DNA from: Candidatus Diapherotrites archaeon CG08_land_8_20_14_0_20_30_16
GTDB taxonomy: Archaea > Iainarchaeota > Iainarchaeia > Iainarchaeales > 0-14-0-20-30-16
DNA length: 32,000 nt
Assembly: GCA_002779075.1 (NCBI GenBank)
Contig: PEXK01000050.1
Span: 65,784-97,783 of the forward strand
Direction of reading: 5' to 3'
This document shows positions 31,879 through 32,000 of this stretch, one piece after another. Under the pieces are notes generated by a model. That model ran no database searches and was not told where the DNA came from. It saw only the letters and a program-made list of their open reading frames with translations. The position numbers were made by a program, and so were the translations under genes. Positions within the stretch are counted from its first letter, which is position 1. Each line of letters begins with the position of its first letter.

Positions 31879-32000
31879 TTATAAAAATCCAAAGAATATC
31901 AATGGCCTATAAGGATTTACTATATTTGCCGGTTGTGTTAGTATATACCGTTCTTCATTTTTAATATTTAATATCTGGGCTCTAGTTTTGTTCTTGCCAC
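31879..32000 (-). CDS. C-terminal 39 codons of an unidentified gene entering from the right edge
   Basis: The reverse frame is open from the window edge to TAA (31881-31879) and reads ...GKNKTRAQILNIKNEERYILTQPANIVNPYRPLIFFGFL*. It is too short to assign. Confidence 0.25.
   Translation of the reverse strand, partial: GKNKTRAQILNIKNEERYILTQPANIVNPYRPLIFFGFL

Noticed and set aside
1-32000. CRISPR arrays, rRNA genes, transposases/integrases, prophage or plasmid genes
   Set aside because: There are no regularly spaced direct repeats, no rRNA-like GC-rich conserved stretches, and no ORF with transposase, integrase or capsid motifs on either strand.

Overview
This is an AT-rich, tightly packed window of archaeal type. 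The evidence is archaeal/eukaryotic-style translation and RNA genes (L31e, L39e, S19e, aIF5A, aIF6, aEF-1beta, Csl4, Rpo11/L, prefoldin alpha), SRP54 and FtsY, a eukaryote-like TyrRS, and a tRNA intron that folds as a bulge-helix-bulge. Gene content, compaction, Lys/Glu-rich tails on housekeeping proteins and AT richness suggest a small-genome DPANN-like archaeon. That placement is inference, since no search was possible.

I can support about 45 protein-coding genes. Two of them were not in the ORF track: a 251-codon gene running off the left edge and a 49-aa zinc ribbon. There are three tRNAs: Met-CAU with an 84-nt intron, Arg-UCG and Lys-UUU. I found no rRNA, CRISPR array, transposase or integrase.

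Most of the window is housekeeping, including the conserved string S19e / PDCD5-like / L39e / L31e / aIF6 / PfdA / FtsY. The observations worth a second look are:
1. A nuclease-rich accessory patch (8.3-11.9 kb) wedged between srp54 and ftsY. It contains an ATP-cone::PD-(D/E)xK::HhH fusion and an AAA+/DUF4143 ATPase preceded by two identical palindromic operator-like sites.
2. An ~80-nt hairpin-containing leader element present twice, upstream of two translation-factor / r-protein operons.
3. A cluster of broken or recoded-looking genes. There are three 1-nt frame breaks in A/T runs (lipoprotein, Cys-repeat secreted protein, RsmF-like methyltransferase), and a YhhQ-like transporter carries in-frame TAG and TGA codons.
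4. An RtcA-fold protein that seems to lack the catalytic motifs.
5. A tldD-pmbA operon extended by a His-rich membrane protein and a ~35-aa helical-repeat (PPR/TPR-like) protein.

No single clearly novel multi-gene system is demonstrable from sequence alone. The nuclease patch is my best candidate.
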